64,000 bases of DNA from Eledone cirrhosa. Taxonomy: Eukaryota. The DNA is taken from positions 275,218,001 to 275,282,000 of the forward strand of contig OZ024740.1 in assembly GCA_964016885.1 (NCBI GenBank), read 5' to 3'. The notes beneath the pieces are model-generated. The model did not search any database and was not told the origin of the DNA. It saw only the letters and a list, made by a program, of their open reading frames with translations. Below are positions 1 to 13,479 of this stretch, one piece after another (positions within the stretch are counted from its first letter, which is position 1; each line of letters starts with the position of its first letter). The position numbers were made by a program, and so were the translations under genes.

Positions 1-327
1 CATAGATTCAGCTATGAGTGCGAGGTCATCAGCATACAGGAGTTCCCATGGGCATCCGGTCTTAAACTCCTCCATTATTGCCTGCAGGACTATGATGAAC
101 AGGAGGGGGCTAAGAACAGAGCCCTGTTGGACCCCAACCTGTACGCTAAATTCCTCGCTATACTCATTGCTAATCCTAACTTTGCTGACTGCTCCCCTAT
201 ACATGGCTTGTACCGCTTTCACAAGTCATTCATCTACTCCTAGTTTTCTAAGAGCCCACCAGATTACAGCACGTGGAACTCTGTCAAAGGCTTTCTCAAG
301 ATCGACAAATGCCAGGTAGAGTGGCTT
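1..327 (-). pseudogene. RTE-clade LINE reverse transcriptase fragment (runs off the window start)
   Basis: Minus strand translates KPLYLAFVDLEKAFDRVPRAVIWWALRKLGVDE*LV...GVQQGSVLSPLLF...ELLYADDL. It has one TGG>TGA stop and its 5' end abuts (TA)n. Confidence 0.93.
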
Positions 328-350
328 ATATAAATATATATATATATATA

Positions 351-770
351 TTGGTAAACGGAATAGAAAATGCTGACAAATTGTTCACAGTTGAAAAATG
401 GTTTAATTAGGAATAAAAGAGTATTAGTAATTGTATGGGTTAGTATTCAGTTGTGGTTTTAAGTTTTTAAGTTTTTACCAGTTGTGCATTTCTAAATGCT
501 TTTCAAAAATAATTTTGAGATAGAGTGTCCGTGTTGTAGAGCAAACAAAACGGACACTCTATCTCAAAATTATTTTTGAAAAGCATTTAGAAATGCACAA
601 CTGGTAAAAACTTAAAAACTTAAAACCACAACTGAATACTAACCCATACAATTACTAATACTCTTTTATTCCTAATTAAACCATTTTTCAACTGTGAACA
701 ATTTGTTAGCATTTTCTATTCCGTTTACCAATATATAATAACTTGTGTGTTACACCTCTATTCTTTTAAC
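351..770. mobile_element. Fold-back palindromic element between (TA)n tracts, probably PLE-derived
   Basis: Arms 351-532 and 550-731 are reverse complements with one mismatch seen by eye and a ~17 nt spacer. The right arm has a short unique extension to 770. Confidence 0.8.
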
Positions 771-1224
771 TATATATATATATATATATATATAAATCAT
801 CACTTGAATATCTACTTTTCTTTGCTGACATGGGTTGGATGAAACTTATTTGAGGCAGTTTTTTCTATGTTAAGCCCATATTTTATTATCTTTTAGTATG
901 GAATATAACACTGATGTTTGTGTAACTATGTAAGTCATATACACTGTTAGCTTACATATGCACTAATTCATGATGTAAAATTTATACCTATCTATATGCT
1001 TGCAAATGAAAATCCACTCTATGCTCTCTCATTCATCTATTATGCCTTTCCAAATTTTTTATATATTTTCCTATAATATTTTGAAATGTTTATATCTTTG
1101 TCCAGACATTTTTGAATATCATAGCTTCCAAAGATTTCAGGAAAAGGTGAAATTATAAATTCTGTACTTAAACTTATAATCTGTTCAAATATAAATATAT
1201 ATATATATATATATTTGAATGTAC

Positions 1225-1430
1225 GTGGCTAAGTGGTTAAAGAATTCAATTTGCAATTGTGAGGTTGTGAGTTTGATTCCTGGAACAGGTGATGCATTAT
1301 ATCCTTGGGCAAGACACTTTATCTCACGTTGTTCCTTCTACTTGGATTTGTGACTGATAGATAGTATTAGCAATTGGAAAGACCAATGGAAACATTGTTT
1401 CCTCGGTCTGATTTGATGAAAGACGATCGA
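1225..1430 (+). mobile_element. tRNA-derived CORE-type SINE (degenerate)
   Basis: A box TGGCTAAGTGG, B box GTTTGATTCC and CORE-like CCTTGGGCAAGACACTTT. The tail is shared with 34025-34220. Confidence 0.75.
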
Positions 1431-2420
1431 CTATCAATAGTGGTCAGTTATGGCCACTTATCGGAATTGTTTCAGATTGCATGCTTTGTTTGACAGGGGT
1501 GTCTCCTCTCCTTATTTATCTACATACAAACTCTTAGGCCACTACTGCAGAAGCTGGAGATGTTGAAGTGCAACCTGTTCAAACTGGGACAGTTAAGAGC
1601 TGCATCAGTATATGCAGAGGAAGGCACCATGGTGGTCTTGAACACATCCATAATCATGGTGGTTGACATTATAGTGGTTGGCACCTTCCTAAAGGAAGAA
1701 ATCCTACGAGCAGAAATCCCAGAGAAATTGGTAGGTTTGCAGCTTGGCATCTGGAGGGACAATGGACAGATGGTCTGGTTAAGTATCTTGGGGTCTCATT
1801 TGGTCCCAGACATCCAGGTGGAAAGCAACTGGGTCAATATAATAAGTAGAGTCATCTGTCTCACCCAGAAATGGGCAAAGAGGAAGCTATCCCTGAAAGG
1901 TTGGGCAGAGGTGGTGAATATGTCTATCACCTCCATCCTATATTACTACCTGACTGCCATGCCTTGCCCCAGATCTTGTCTCACAAAACTGGAGCATTTG
2001 TTCTTTCAATTCTTTTTGGAAGAGACATGTTCTACTACTCAGACAATCTACCTGCTGTCTGCACCCTTTGTGCAGAGTGGATACCATTTATGGCTATTGA
2101 TGCACAGACATTTGTTGAGGCTACAGCATTTGCAAATATTCCTAGTCGATATATAAGTGTAGATGCCCTTTAAAAAGTGCATCTTTCCACAGCTTTTCCT
2201 TTTGACTGAGCTGCAGACTTGGTGCAACAAAGATCAAGATTGGATTCCCTCTGCTAGTCACGTAATGTGTTTGATGGAAATTACACATTAGCATTCTATA
2301 GAGGACTAGTAGTGAGCAAGAGTGACAATGTTCTTGGGGAAACTCTAGGCATCAACCAAAATGAACTGACTAATCTGTTCTGGAGGGCTCTCAGCCCATG
2401 GGTTATGGATAATCTTCAGA
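1430..2420 (+). pseudogene. Degenerate Tx1/L1-type LINE RT remnant
   Basis: Decayed RQGCPLSP (TGACAGGGGTGTCTCCTCTC) and YADD (SVYAEE) motifs, then W..RKLSLKG.AEVVN...SILYY, typical of L1/Tx1 ORF2 (ORF 1560-2156). Confidence 0.7.
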
Positions 2421-3249
2421 GTTCAAGTCCCAGCAAGGTTTATTTGTCTTTTATCCTTATAGGGTTGATAAAATAAAGTACCAATAATACACTAGGGTTG
2501 ATTTAATGACTTTCCTCTCCTTTTCAAATTGCTGGCTTTGTGTCAAATGTAGAAACAATAACTATTTATTTCTTTTTTTTATCACTTTTTAAAAATATTT
2601 ATATTTTAGTTTTGTTTTAAGAAGATCTTATTTCAATTGTTATTTCAACAGAAAAGAATTCTCTGTTCAGTTTTAGTATAAATAAGATTTCAGAAAGTAT
2701 TTTTAATGGAAATACAGAAATCACTTTGAAAATATCTTGGGATTTGGAAAGTTAAAATAAAGGAAAATAAGAAATCAAACAAAATACAAGAAAAAAAAAA
2801 TGTAAGTGCATAAAATGAAAATAACTAAAAAGTTAAAATGTTTAGACTGTTCCATATGTCTTTTAGGTTGTTTAGTGACTGAAGTAAAAAAAAAACGAAG
2901 CCATTGTTAAATGTTTTAATGTTATTGGTGTTATTTATCAGCTTGTTAGTTCTAAGGTATAGAGGCAGGCTATATATTCCCTTTTCAGGGCCTTCATGGA
3001 AAACAAGGAAATAGCAATAATTATGCCTGTTTAATGTAATTTAGTTGGTTTAGTTAGGAAATGTTTATTAGGAAGTTATATAATTTATGGACAAACACAT
3101 GGACAAGAAAAGAGTTTCAATGTATTACAATACCAAAGAAGAAAATGTGTAGGCATTGAGTAGAAGATTTGTTGTTTGATGTACAGAATGTCTTATTATT
3201 TACCTTCAGATCAACTCCAATTGAATAGGCCTTCAATCAAAGGAGTAGA

Positions 3250-3520
3250 GGTGCATGATCTAGTGATAGGGATGTTGGACTTAAGATCATAATATCATGG
3301 TTTTGATTCCTGGGCTGTGTTGTGTTTTGAGCAAAACACTTCATTTCACGTTGCTCCAGTATCCTCAGCTAAAAATGAGTACCAGCAATAGCTGTGGAGA
3401 TTAACCCTGCGATAGACGAGTATCCTGTTCAAGGGAGAGTTTTGTACTCTCAGTTGTTAAATGTCACCTAAACTGGAATCTGCACTGGCCTGATGAGCCT
3501 CTAGGCTTGAGGCAGACTTT
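3250..3520 (+). mobile_element. Degenerate CORE-type SINE
   Basis: B-box-like TTTTGATTCC followed by TTGAGCAAAACACTTCATTTCACGTTGCTCCAG, similar to 14031-14410. Confidence 0.65.
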
Positions 3521-4935
3521 AGACAATCAAAGGAATTCTAGCCTTTCTTCTATTTGTTTCTCTTTGTTTTGTAGAATTAATAAATCTGAAGCTATATAAT
3601 ATAACAATGTCTTTTTCATTTAAGTTGGTAGGGTATAATTTGATGGAGATTTTGCTGCTATATCTAGCTCTTCAACTGCCTGAGTAGAGCCTCCTTCATT
3701 TCTTTGAGCAGTGTGTGTGAGTGAAGAAGAAGAAACAGGTGCATTGAGTAGTTTTATGTTGCAGAGATAAACAGATAACAAGATCAGAAGTGAAAAGACA
3801 GTTGTTGTAACAGTAGATATTTTTTGGTAGGTGGCGTATTATAAAGTGTTGATAGATGGTAATTTGCCTGTAGATTATAGGAAAGATAATAAAAATTTTA
3901 TAATACTAGTTGATAGTAACACAGCTGCTATTGCAACAATGAGGATTGCTGGTAGCTCAACATACACAACATAGCAGTCAAATCACCCTTAAATCATATC
4001 CACCATTTAGAAAAGGGGCACAGTGGACAGTGTAATCCTAGATACAGCACAAGATGAGATGGTCATTCCTAAATATATTTATAATAGCCAATATTAAGTC
4101 TACCATCGAAGGACACAGACTTCACAGCATGATTAAGAAGTTCACTTTTCAACCGTATAGTTCTGCATTTAATCCTACTGTGCTGCACTTTAGACAGTGC
4201 CTTGTACCATAGCTTTGGGATGGCCAATACTTTGTGAAATTTGGTAAACAAATTCTGTGTTGAAGCTTTTCATATACACAAACACATACACACACACATG
4301 CACACTAAAGAAAAACTACAGCTGTCACTTGCAATCAAATATGATTGGTAGTATGTACAATGCTTTGACTAGGCATTTTAGGTGCACATGCAGTCATGGG
4401 CAGATACAAAACACCTTTTCTACCCCTGACCCAGTGGATGCACCATTACTACAGTGGTATTTTCTTTATCAACCCAAAATGATGAAAGGCAAAGTGAACC
4501 TCAGCAGGATTTCAACTCAAGAACACCGAGACCCCAAACAAATATCTGACACTGTAACAACCCTTCTAGATCAATCACATAAAGGGTATTTGTGGATTTT
4601 GTAAGATGACAGTTTCTGAAGAAGATCTCAACATAAGCACTCACACAAATATGTACATGTATACATGTGTGTATGTACATAAGTTTGAGTATATCTTTGG
4701 CTGATACATGTCAGTGAAGGATATAACAACATTAACATGAAACTAAAAGCAGCCAACCAGTCACTTACACAACTTGCCAACCTATTAAAACCACCAACCA
4801 ATAACCCAACTGACCAACCAAATAACAACCATCTAATTTTTAAAGTAACTATTCAACTAACCATCCGATGTAACCACTCTCTACCTACCCGCCTACTAAA
4901 ACAACCAACCAGCCAAACAACCAATATTATATATA

Positions 4936-5315
4936 TGGTGGATTGGCAGTATCAGTAGAGGGTCGGACGCCATGCTTTGCAGCACAGTTACGTCCCTTTA
5001 CGATCTGAGTTCAAATCCCGCCGAGGTTGACTTTGCCTTTCATCCTTACGGGGTCGATAAAATATAGTACCAGTAATGCACTGGGTAATTGCTGGCCTTG
5101 TGCCTAAAGTAGAAACAATTATATATATGGTGGATTGGTACTATTGGTTGAGCATCAGATACTATGCCTTGAAGCATAGAGTTATGGCCCTTTACGTTCT
5201 GAGTTCAAATCCCACCAAGGTTAACTTTGCCTTTCATCCTTACGGGGTCGATAAAATAAAGTACCAGTAATGCACTGGTGTAATTGGTGGCCTTGTGCCT
5301 AAAGTAGAAACAATT
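4936..5315 (+). mobile_element. Head-to-tail pair of the abundant ~185 bp SINE (called SINE-A here)
   Basis: Two copies (4936-5120 and 5128-5315) of GGTGGATTGGCAGTATC...GAGTTCAAATCCC (B box)...TTGCCTTTCATCCTTACGGGGTCGATAAAATAAAGTACCAG...GTAGAAACAATTAT, separated by short (TA)n. Confidence 0.88.
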
Positions 5316-6413
5316 ATATATATTACTATTACTAATCATCAATTTAACTACCAATCTGTTAATCATTAATCCATCCATTCATCTACTGGTTAAATATAAT
5401 GTTTGCTCTGTGTATTGTCTTAACCTGATAGAAATAATAAACCACACCCAACAGTATAAAAGAAAGAATTGACCCATAGGATGACATTATCCTAGATACA
5501 TTATGTCTGGATGAAAAAACCCCAGAAAGGACAGCATGTTCTCAGCTGAATAGCCTTTGATCATATGCCTGCTCACTTAGAGCTGACCAGGGGCTAAACA
5601 ACAAAGATAACAACAATCAACCAATCAACTAACCAAGCAGCCAGCAAGTCAAAGAAAACTTTATACTAGATAAATTACAATTTCAGTTTGATTAGAAACA
5701 TATTACATCCACAGTCGTTTTGACATCCACTTTTAGGCAAGTGCCCTGGGGATAGGGTGGGATGGAAGGTGTGGGGAGGGGAAGGAAATAGGAAATGAAA
5801 AATGTAAAACAAAAGACCATAAAACAACCAGCATAACATGAAAACAATAAAATCAAAGCAATTTACCCGCAAGCGATCTCAAATACTTGTATCTACATAT
5901 ATAGCATATATATATATATACATGATGTATATTTACATATACATACATATGAGTCTCTATAGCTTTGATGATGATTCATTTTTCATACAATGTATGTTAC
6001 AGTGATCAGAAATTGACATAACAAAAAATGAATATATTCAATAAATAGATAAATGTGATTTGATAGCAAGAATACAATAAAATTATAATGAATTAAGACA
6101 TAATGAAAAAAATATAGGCAGAGTTTGTAGAAGACGAAAACTGAATATGAAGGTTTTCTGGAAAAAAAATATAAAGAAACAAACAGCAAATTAGAATGGA
6201 AATGTTTTCAACAACAATATGAAGATTTCTAGACACAAACAAATAATGAGTGTGTGTATTTGTGTGCATGTGAGAAATACACACACACACTAACATACAT
6301 ATATATACACACACATACACACACACACAGCACACACACACATTATATATATATATATATATATTTCTATGTATATATATATATATATTTAGTAAGAAGT
6401 AAGAAGAAGAAGA

Positions 6414-6628
6414 ATGCTAGCAGCTGAATTGTTTGATAAAGTTATATCTGTATAAATACAAAGTAAGTAACCAAGACTGCACCAACACGTATGATTTACA
6501 GGGAAATTCATACTTTCTGGTATGTTAACATACTTACATATTATATATGAGTATATATTTATAAACGTTGGCTAAGTCTTGGTTATTTACACAGGTATAA
6601 CTTTATTATACACTTCGGCTGTTAGCAT
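6414..6628. repeat. Old imperfect inverted repeat
   Basis: ATGCTAGCAGCTGAA...ACCAAGACT (6414-6478) pairs imperfectly with AGTCTTGGT...TTCGGCTGTTAGCAT (6575-6628). Confidence 0.65.
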
Positions 6629-6739
6629 ACTTTTTACTACATATCTTAATTAATTACCAACACCACATTAAATACTGACACATCCTAGTTACCTTGCTCT
6701 AAGCAATGTTTTGTTGTAAGATCAAATACTGAGGTCTTC

Positions 6740-7335
6740 TTTCCATGGAGAGGAAATACAAATGAATACAGAAAGCTGAATTAAGTGCAAGAATTGTAGG
6801 AACTGCTACAGTAATATGTCAGCTTTAACATTCAGTAATCAGAAGAAGGGAGTTGGAAAATCCAAACTTGCTGCCTTCAATTTGGTATCGTGCCAACCCT
6901 TACTTATAGTCATGAATCTTGGGTAATAACTGAAAGAATACGATCGTGAATACAAGTGGCCAAAATCGGATTCATCCGAAGGGTCTTTGGAGTAATGTAA
7001 CTTGATAAAGTGCATAGCTCAGAGATCAGAGTGTCGCTCAAAGCAGAATCTCTACTCTTCAAAATTGAAAGATCACAGCTCCGATACTATGGACATGTGG
7101 TTAGAATGTCTCAGGAAATAATTGCTGGAGAGATTTTTCAGGCTATATCAACAGGCAGGAGACCGAAGGGTAGACCCTAAGCAAGATGATTGGATAACAT
7201 CCATGAACTTGGCTGGTCTTACTGAGGGATCCAGCAGGATCAGTTGGGAATGGTTGCTTCTGACAGGACCCACTGGATGGAGTGTTTGAGGACTCTGCCC
7301 CCATAAATCTCTCAGGAATAAGTGGGTGAAGAAGT
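6740..7335 (+). pseudogene. 3' part of a third RTE family (Expander-like), degenerate
   Basis: Translates ...PTLTYSHESWVITERIRS*IQVAKIGFIRRV...SQLRYYGHVVRM and ends in GAAGAAG. Homologous pieces lie at 55578-55985 and 50470-50540. Confidence 0.8.
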
Positions 7336-8571
7336 ACATTTATCTGGTGTTGATTAAAGGAATTATTTGAAAAACAAGCAGCAGAGTGAGCGTCTTCCTC
7401 ATCTATCCACCTGCTAGAAAGAGCAATCATATCATTATCAAATCATACATGCTATTCTCTTTAAAATCTGATGTAATGTATAATGTAAATTCTAGACAAC
7501 CTCTATAATTTTGGTGCCATGAAAGAATGCCCCAGTACACACTGTAAGGTGGGTGATGATGGGAAGGATATCCAGCCATAGAAACCATACTATATATGGA
7601 ACATATGAGCAAGACATGTTCACCTGATGGGTCTAGTTTCATAATGTGTCAACCCATCAAACTCACGCTAGCAGGGAAAGCAGATGTATAAATGATGATG
7701 ATGAAAATGTTGGAAGGAACATTGCTAGAATGCATTCTTATCATAGATCTGATCATTCTGTTGATCTGGCATTCTACAACAAGAATCATAATAATGATGA
7801 TGCTTATAATTTCAAATATAATAATCACAATTATTACAAATAGCCATTATTCTTTCAACCCAACTGTGCTTAACACCACTGCCACTATCATCATCAACAT
7901 TATAAACATTATCATTCTACAACATTCTAATCCAGCCTCTTAGATCACCTATATTAATTCCATATAAATATGAGGCTTGGAATAGGAAAAGAAAGAAACC
8001 GGTAGAGTGACAGAAAGATAAAAACAGACAGGCAGAGAGGCAGAAAGGCAAATATATATAGAGAGATGAAGTAAAGTAGGGAGAAAATTGGGAAAATATA
8101 ATGAACCCTGTCAAGAGAATAAGGAAATAAAAGCCAAATGAATCACTTAGTTCAAGTTTAGTCACCATAGAAAATAGACTTTCTCCAAAGAATAATGACT
8201 ATCAGCTGTTTTCAGACACAATTCTTTCTTGTCATTCTCTCTTTTTTTAATATTATTTTCTCTTCATATTTTTCCTTTTCTTAAATTCATTTTTTTATTA
8301 CTTTTTATTTATTTGTTTATATTCTGATCTCCTTCTCAGTAGTTCAGTAGCAATAACAACAACAAAAATGGAGGAAAACAAGTAAAGGAAAGACAGGAAT
8401 GTAAGAAAGAAATTTGAAAAAAATAGAAGAAATGTTGAAATGTGTACAAGATGTGAACCAAAGTTGTAACTGATGACATGCTTTTAAAACATAACACTTC
8501 AATTGGTCTTTCTTTTGAAAATTATTATTATTATTAATGCTGGCCTTGTGCCTAAACCAGAAACCATTATT

Positions 8572-9105
8572 TAGAGGGTCGAACACCATGCTTTGACGCA
8601 TAGAGTTACGGCCCTTGCCATTCTGAGTTCAAATCTCGCCAAGGTTAACTTTGCCTTTCATCCTTACGGGGTCGATAAAATAAAGTACCAATAATACACT
8701 GGGTAATTGCTGGCCTTGTGCCAAAAATAGAAACAATTATTAATGATTTCTAGTATAGGCACAAGGCCAGTAATTTGGGGGAGGGAAAAGTCAATTAAAT
8801 CAACCCCAGTACATTACTGGTGCTTTATTTTATCAACTCAGTGAGGATGAAAGGCAAAGTTAACCTCAGTGGGATTTGAACTCAAACCATAATGGGCCGT
8901 AACTCTATGCTGCAAAGCATGGTGTCCGACTCTCTACCGATACTGGCAATCCACTGCCCTATTATTAATATTATTATTAATATTATTAATAATAATTGTT
9001 TTTACTTTTGGTACAAGGCCAACAATTATCCCAGTGCATTACTGGTACTTTATTTTATCGACCCCGTAAGGATGAAACCAAAGTTAACCTTGGCGGGATT
9101 TGATC
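8572..9105. mobile_element. Cluster of SINE-A copies in both orientations
   Basis: 8572-8740 (+), 8755-8955 (-, long-tail variant) and 8993-9105 (-, partial). Confidence 0.85.
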
Positions 9106-9589
9106 TAGAAAGAAGAAAAACATTACAGAAAAAAGCAAGGCATACATTAACCAAAATAAAATATAAGTATTTGTTTATTCATGTAAGCACAAGGCCACAT
9201 AATTTGATAAAGGAAAGGGTTAATTGGATTAATTCAAGAACTTGACTAATATAAATAATTGTTACTCCCTTTCACATTGTAAGAAAAAAAGCAAAACTAA
9301 ATAAATATAGGAAGAAATTTTGTTTGACATTTGACCATCTGATGAGAATTGCCATGGTTTAAGCTGACTAGTTGGTATCTGGAAGATATGAGCTTTGATT
9401 CCTCATAGGAGCAGATGGCAGCATATTTTTCCACCTTTAAGGGACTTCACCAAATTTATAAGCTATTTCATAGCTTTTCCATGCATGAGTACATCATTCT
9501 TTTTATTAACTTTATCTCTTCCTAAACATTTGAGAGTTCGGCTATGCATATAATGAATTTTATATATATATATATATATAAAATGTAAA

Positions 9590-9980
9590 TACAAAGGTCA
9601 CCTGAAACATTCATAAGCTCACCAAGATACTCTCATGGAATGTGACCAAATGTGGTTTATTTTTTAGGATAGTCACCCTTGCAGTCCACATACTTCTATC
9701 AGTATTGCAGTGCTTAGATCCCATTGGTGAAAAAGCTTTCTTCCTGTTTGTCAAAAAATTCATCAACAGCAGATATGATGTCATCATCACTGCAATACTG
9801 GTTCCCAGCCAAGTGTTTGTGGGGCCAAATCAGAAGAAAAAGGAGGGTGATCAACCAGTTCAAAGCCTCGATTATTCACAGCAGCCATTGAAACCAAGGG
9901 CTTGTGTGCTGGAGAATTGTCCTGATAAAACAAGAAACTTTCGTCAGTTTTCCTTGGCATTCAGTCTTGCTAACCTTTCA
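9590..9980 (-). pseudogene. Mariner (Tc1/mariner) transposase C-terminal remnant with terminal repeat
   Basis: Minus strand gives FYQDNSPAHK...GFELVDHPPFSSDLAP and KHLAGNQYCSDDDIISAVDEFFDKQEESFFTNGI*, matching the mariner HDNA and HPPYSPDLAP motifs. The third catalytic Asp is deleted. A TA-CAAAGGTCACCTGAAA end lies at 9590. Confidence 0.88.
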
Positions 9981-9986
9981 TAACGG

Positions 9987-10397
9987 CTGTTGGAAGAAAC
10001 CCTTATTAGTTGACCTCTACCACTTTCTGTTTGGTTTTCATCATGTCAAGGGTGTAGCAGTACTCACCAGGTTTGGACAATTGTGGGATGGTGAGGCTAT
10101 TCATCTAATAGTCAGGGTGGATGGCTGTTGAATCTGAAAAGTTTATCTAACTGTTAACATCTCTTGTTTTGGGGGCTGCTGGGGTTACACTTAATCTCCA
10201 TTAAAAAACAAGAGATGTTAAAAGGTAGTTAAACTCTTCAGTTTATCTACCTTTTAACTGCCATCTGGTTTAACTATTAGTTGAATTGCTATCCATCACA
10301 CAATCGACCAAGCCTGGTGAGTACAGCTACACCCTTGACATGACGAAAACCAAACAGAAAATAGTAGAGGTCAACTAAGGAGGGGTTCTTCCAACAG
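9987..10397. mobile_element. Diverged fold-back (MITE-like) inverted repeat
   Basis: Arms 9987-10170 and 10205-10397 (CTGTTGGAAGAA...TTCTTCCAACAG) are clearly complementary but carry many mismatches and indels. No clear TSD. Confidence 0.75.
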
Positions 10398-11176
10398 AAG
10401 TGAGAAGGCCCTGGATTGAATTGATTACCTTCAAATGATTGTTTTGAGGATCAGCATAAGGTACATATTTTTGAAAATTTGAAGAACATTGAAAATTTAA
10501 AGACACTTAAACAATTTAACTCATTAGCAATCTACTATCATGACATTTCAACGTGCAATTGTCAACAGATTTATATTTTTGCACAAATATATAGGAATTT
10601 TTGGAAAATATGTGAATGAGCAATTTTTTCTGCTGCTGCTACTTTATGACTACACCTCTCTCTCTATACACAAGAGTTGATTCTCCATTCTCCATCAAGG
10701 AAGATGGAAAAAAACTTACCTCTTAATTTTAAATCTTTAATTTTTAGTTTTTAATTCTTATTAATTTTTTTTTATTGTAATACTCAACATTTGATAAGAA
10801 AAACAGACCCTAAAATATATTTTCCGTGCTATTTCCAACTTCACCTTTTCTATATATATATACATATATTCAAGTCTTATGATTTCATACACTTTATTCT
10901 TATCACTATTACTCCAAATGACACATCGTTCCTATATTTAAAGCAGGGTTATTTCACTATCCAGTATTTCTATGTCTTCCAATTACTAACCATTATTCTA
11001 TTCAAACCATTATTCTATTCAAACATGATTACTGTTTGCCTATTCCTTAACAAATTTCATATTCCATATTTTGTAATCATCTTGGGGTCAGCTGCAAAAA
11101 TTCAGAAATTTTGAAATTTCAGATTCACATAAATTATACCACATTACTCAGTATTGATTAGTTTCTTTTTGTCCCA

Positions 11177-11254
<78 letters not shown>

Positions 11255-11256
<2 letters not shown>

Positions 11257-11540
11257 TATTGGATGTGCAATGTCAATGTGCATCAATGACCAAGCATAGA
11301 CGCATTGAGAGAGACACTGTGTATAAGAGGGATAAGCTGTAGTGTGGAGGAGAGAAGACTGCATTGGTATGGACATGTGATGCACATGGAGGATGACTGC
11401 TGGGTAAAGAAGTGCCAAGAAATCCTGGTGAAAGGAAGCCGCAGTAGAGGAAGACCATGAAAATCATGAGCGGAGGTGGTGAGAGTTGACCTCAGATTGC
11501 TGAAGCAGACAGAAGAGAAGACGAAGGACCATGACGAATG
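11255..11540 (+). pseudogene. RTE 3' fragment (short-UTR family, called RTE-1 here)
   Basis: Decayed ERRLHWYGHVMHMEDD.WVKKC; starts directly after (TA)n 11183-11253. Confidence 0.85.
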
Positions 11541-11782
11541 GAGAGAAACTTGGATATTTTAAGATATCCATAGATGTGAGATCACGGCTTTTCAAGAGAC
11601 CTCTCAATCTAAGAAAAAATTCTTCCAAGTAACAGTTGCTAGTGATATTTTCAAAATATATGTATATGAAGTATCGAGGACACATAGAGATTTAGATTTT
11701 AGGGATTACCTTTACATGTTACAGGGCTTATTAGTTCTTCATCAGAAAACAAACATTTGGCTATATATGTATATATATATAT

Positions 11783-12035
11783 ATGGACATGTGATGCGCA
11801 TGGAGGATGACCGGTGGGTAAAGAAATGCTTAGAAATCCCAGTAGAAGGAAGATACAGTAGAGGAAGACCACGAAAAACGGAGGTGCTGAGAGTGGACCG
11901 CAGATCACTGAAGCTCACGGAGGAGATGACGAAGGACTGTGACAAGTGGAGAGATGCTATGCTGAATAGGACCCATCCCACCCTTGCAAGCAGGGAAAAG
12001 CAGACGTAAAATGATGCTGCTGCTGATGATGATGA
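11783..12035 (+). pseudogene. RTE-1 3' end with TGA/TGC repeat tail
   Basis: [16 protein letters not shown]...GRPRKT, then CCCACCCTTGCAAGCAGGGAAAAG and the repeat tail. (TA)n lies on both sides. Confidence 0.88.
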
Positions 12036-12046
12036 TATATATATAT

Positions 12047-12936
12047 ACTAGCAGGGATAAGGTATTTTGGAACGCAGGCTGCCAACAGACCTAATCGTAG
12101 AAAAATTGCATGCCTGGACAATATGTAAAGAAAATAAACCGAATACTCTGATGGCTGGATAATCTTTAAGATTTTCCACGATGAAACAGGAAAAGTGCAC
12201 GTTTTCACCTACTGCGGGCCCGGGGGAATCAAGAAAATGAATTTTTTTTATGTGCATAATATGCCTCGAAATCTAAGGAAAATCAGCTAGACGTAACGCC
12301 TCGAAAAAGCCCTAGAAAGCTGAAAAAATGAAGTTTTTCACCTAATGCGGGCCCCAGGCCATAAAAAAGTTGGATCTTCTTTGCTCACGGTATGAAGCAG
12401 AGACTGACTAATACATAGTTACAATTTCAAGGAAATCGGCCTGAGGTAACGCCTCAATAAACCCCTAAAAACCTGAAAAAAAACAACAGTTTTTCACCTA
12501 ATAGGGGATCAAAAAGTTGAATTTTTATCTGCATAACACTCCCTGAAACATAGGTAATACACATGTAAAGTTTGAAAAAAGTCGGTTGGGTACTTCTCGA
12601 GTGTTAGGGATTCAAACTCACACACACTCACACACACACACAGACAAACTTTCTCAGGGAAGTGACGTAATGCAGACAGCCAGACATATAGACAGATATT
12701 ATGAGGGCGCGACGCTATATGTATGTATCTATCTAAAAGAAGAAAGACTACGAATTATAGAGAGAAATCTTTAAATCCACTAATGCGGTCCCTAGGGCAT
12801 TGAAAATTCGAAATTTTCTTTGGTCAGAACACTCCCTGAAACATACGTATTACATGTGTAAGTTTGAAAACAGTCGGTTGGGTGGTTCTCGAGATTTAGG
12901 GATTCAAACTCACACACACACAGACAGACATCCTCA

Positions 12937-12940
<4 letters not shown>
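12047..12940 (+). mobile_element. Non-autonomous Helitron/Helentron-like (HINE-type) element with internal repeats
   Basis: Starts ACTAGCAG at (TA)n. Has diverged internal units beginning TTTTCACCTAATGCGGGCCC and a duplicated AAGTTTGAAAA..GTCGGTTGGGT block. Ends CACAGACAGACATCCTCAGTTTT-(TA)n. The class is inferred from architecture only. Confidence 0.5.
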
Positions 12941-13011
<71 letters not shown>

Positions 13012-13038
13012 TATAATATATATATATATGTATATATG

Positions 13039-13069
<31 letters not shown>

Positions 13070-13094
13070 GTATGTATATTTGCATATATATATA

Positions 13095-13315
13095 TGTAAA
13101 AGGTAAACAGAAATAACAACACAATCGGTACAGTATATGGAAGGGATATATTAGGTTAACACTTGATATAGCAGGAAGAGGGTCTTAACGTTTTGGACGC
13201 TAGTCCTTCATCAGAAGAAAGAATGAGAAATAAGATAGATTGAGGGGACGGGCGGGTTGGAATTGGAAAAAATGTCTTCAGATAAAAATAACAGGTCTAT
13301 TCATGTTGCTATCTC
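13095..13315 (-). mobile_element. PLE-derived element (family C) with minimal HHR motif at 13183-13218
   Basis: Minus strand reads TCTT CTGATGA A GGAC-TAGC-GTCC AAAA CG T T AAGA (G12>A). Homologous to 31490-31690 (+) and related to 51300-51510 (-). Confidence 0.75.
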
Positions 13316-13479
13316 TTGTGTGTATATATAAAAATAGAATTATAATTTTATTTCTCCCCCTAACAAAGCAGATTCATAAATATAAGTATATACACGTACA
13401 CATATATATACAAATATATATGTATACACAGATATACATATATATACACACACACACACATATATACACACACATTTGT

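Noticed and set aside
14-319. Antisense ORFs over RT regions (also 15403-15621, 44418-44702 and 53696-54841)
   Set aside because: Shadow frames of the RTE coding strand.
3490-3512. CTGATGAG motifs here and near 9339, 34212, 34358 and 62160 as hammerheads
   Set aside because: No correctly placed GAAA or closing helix I.
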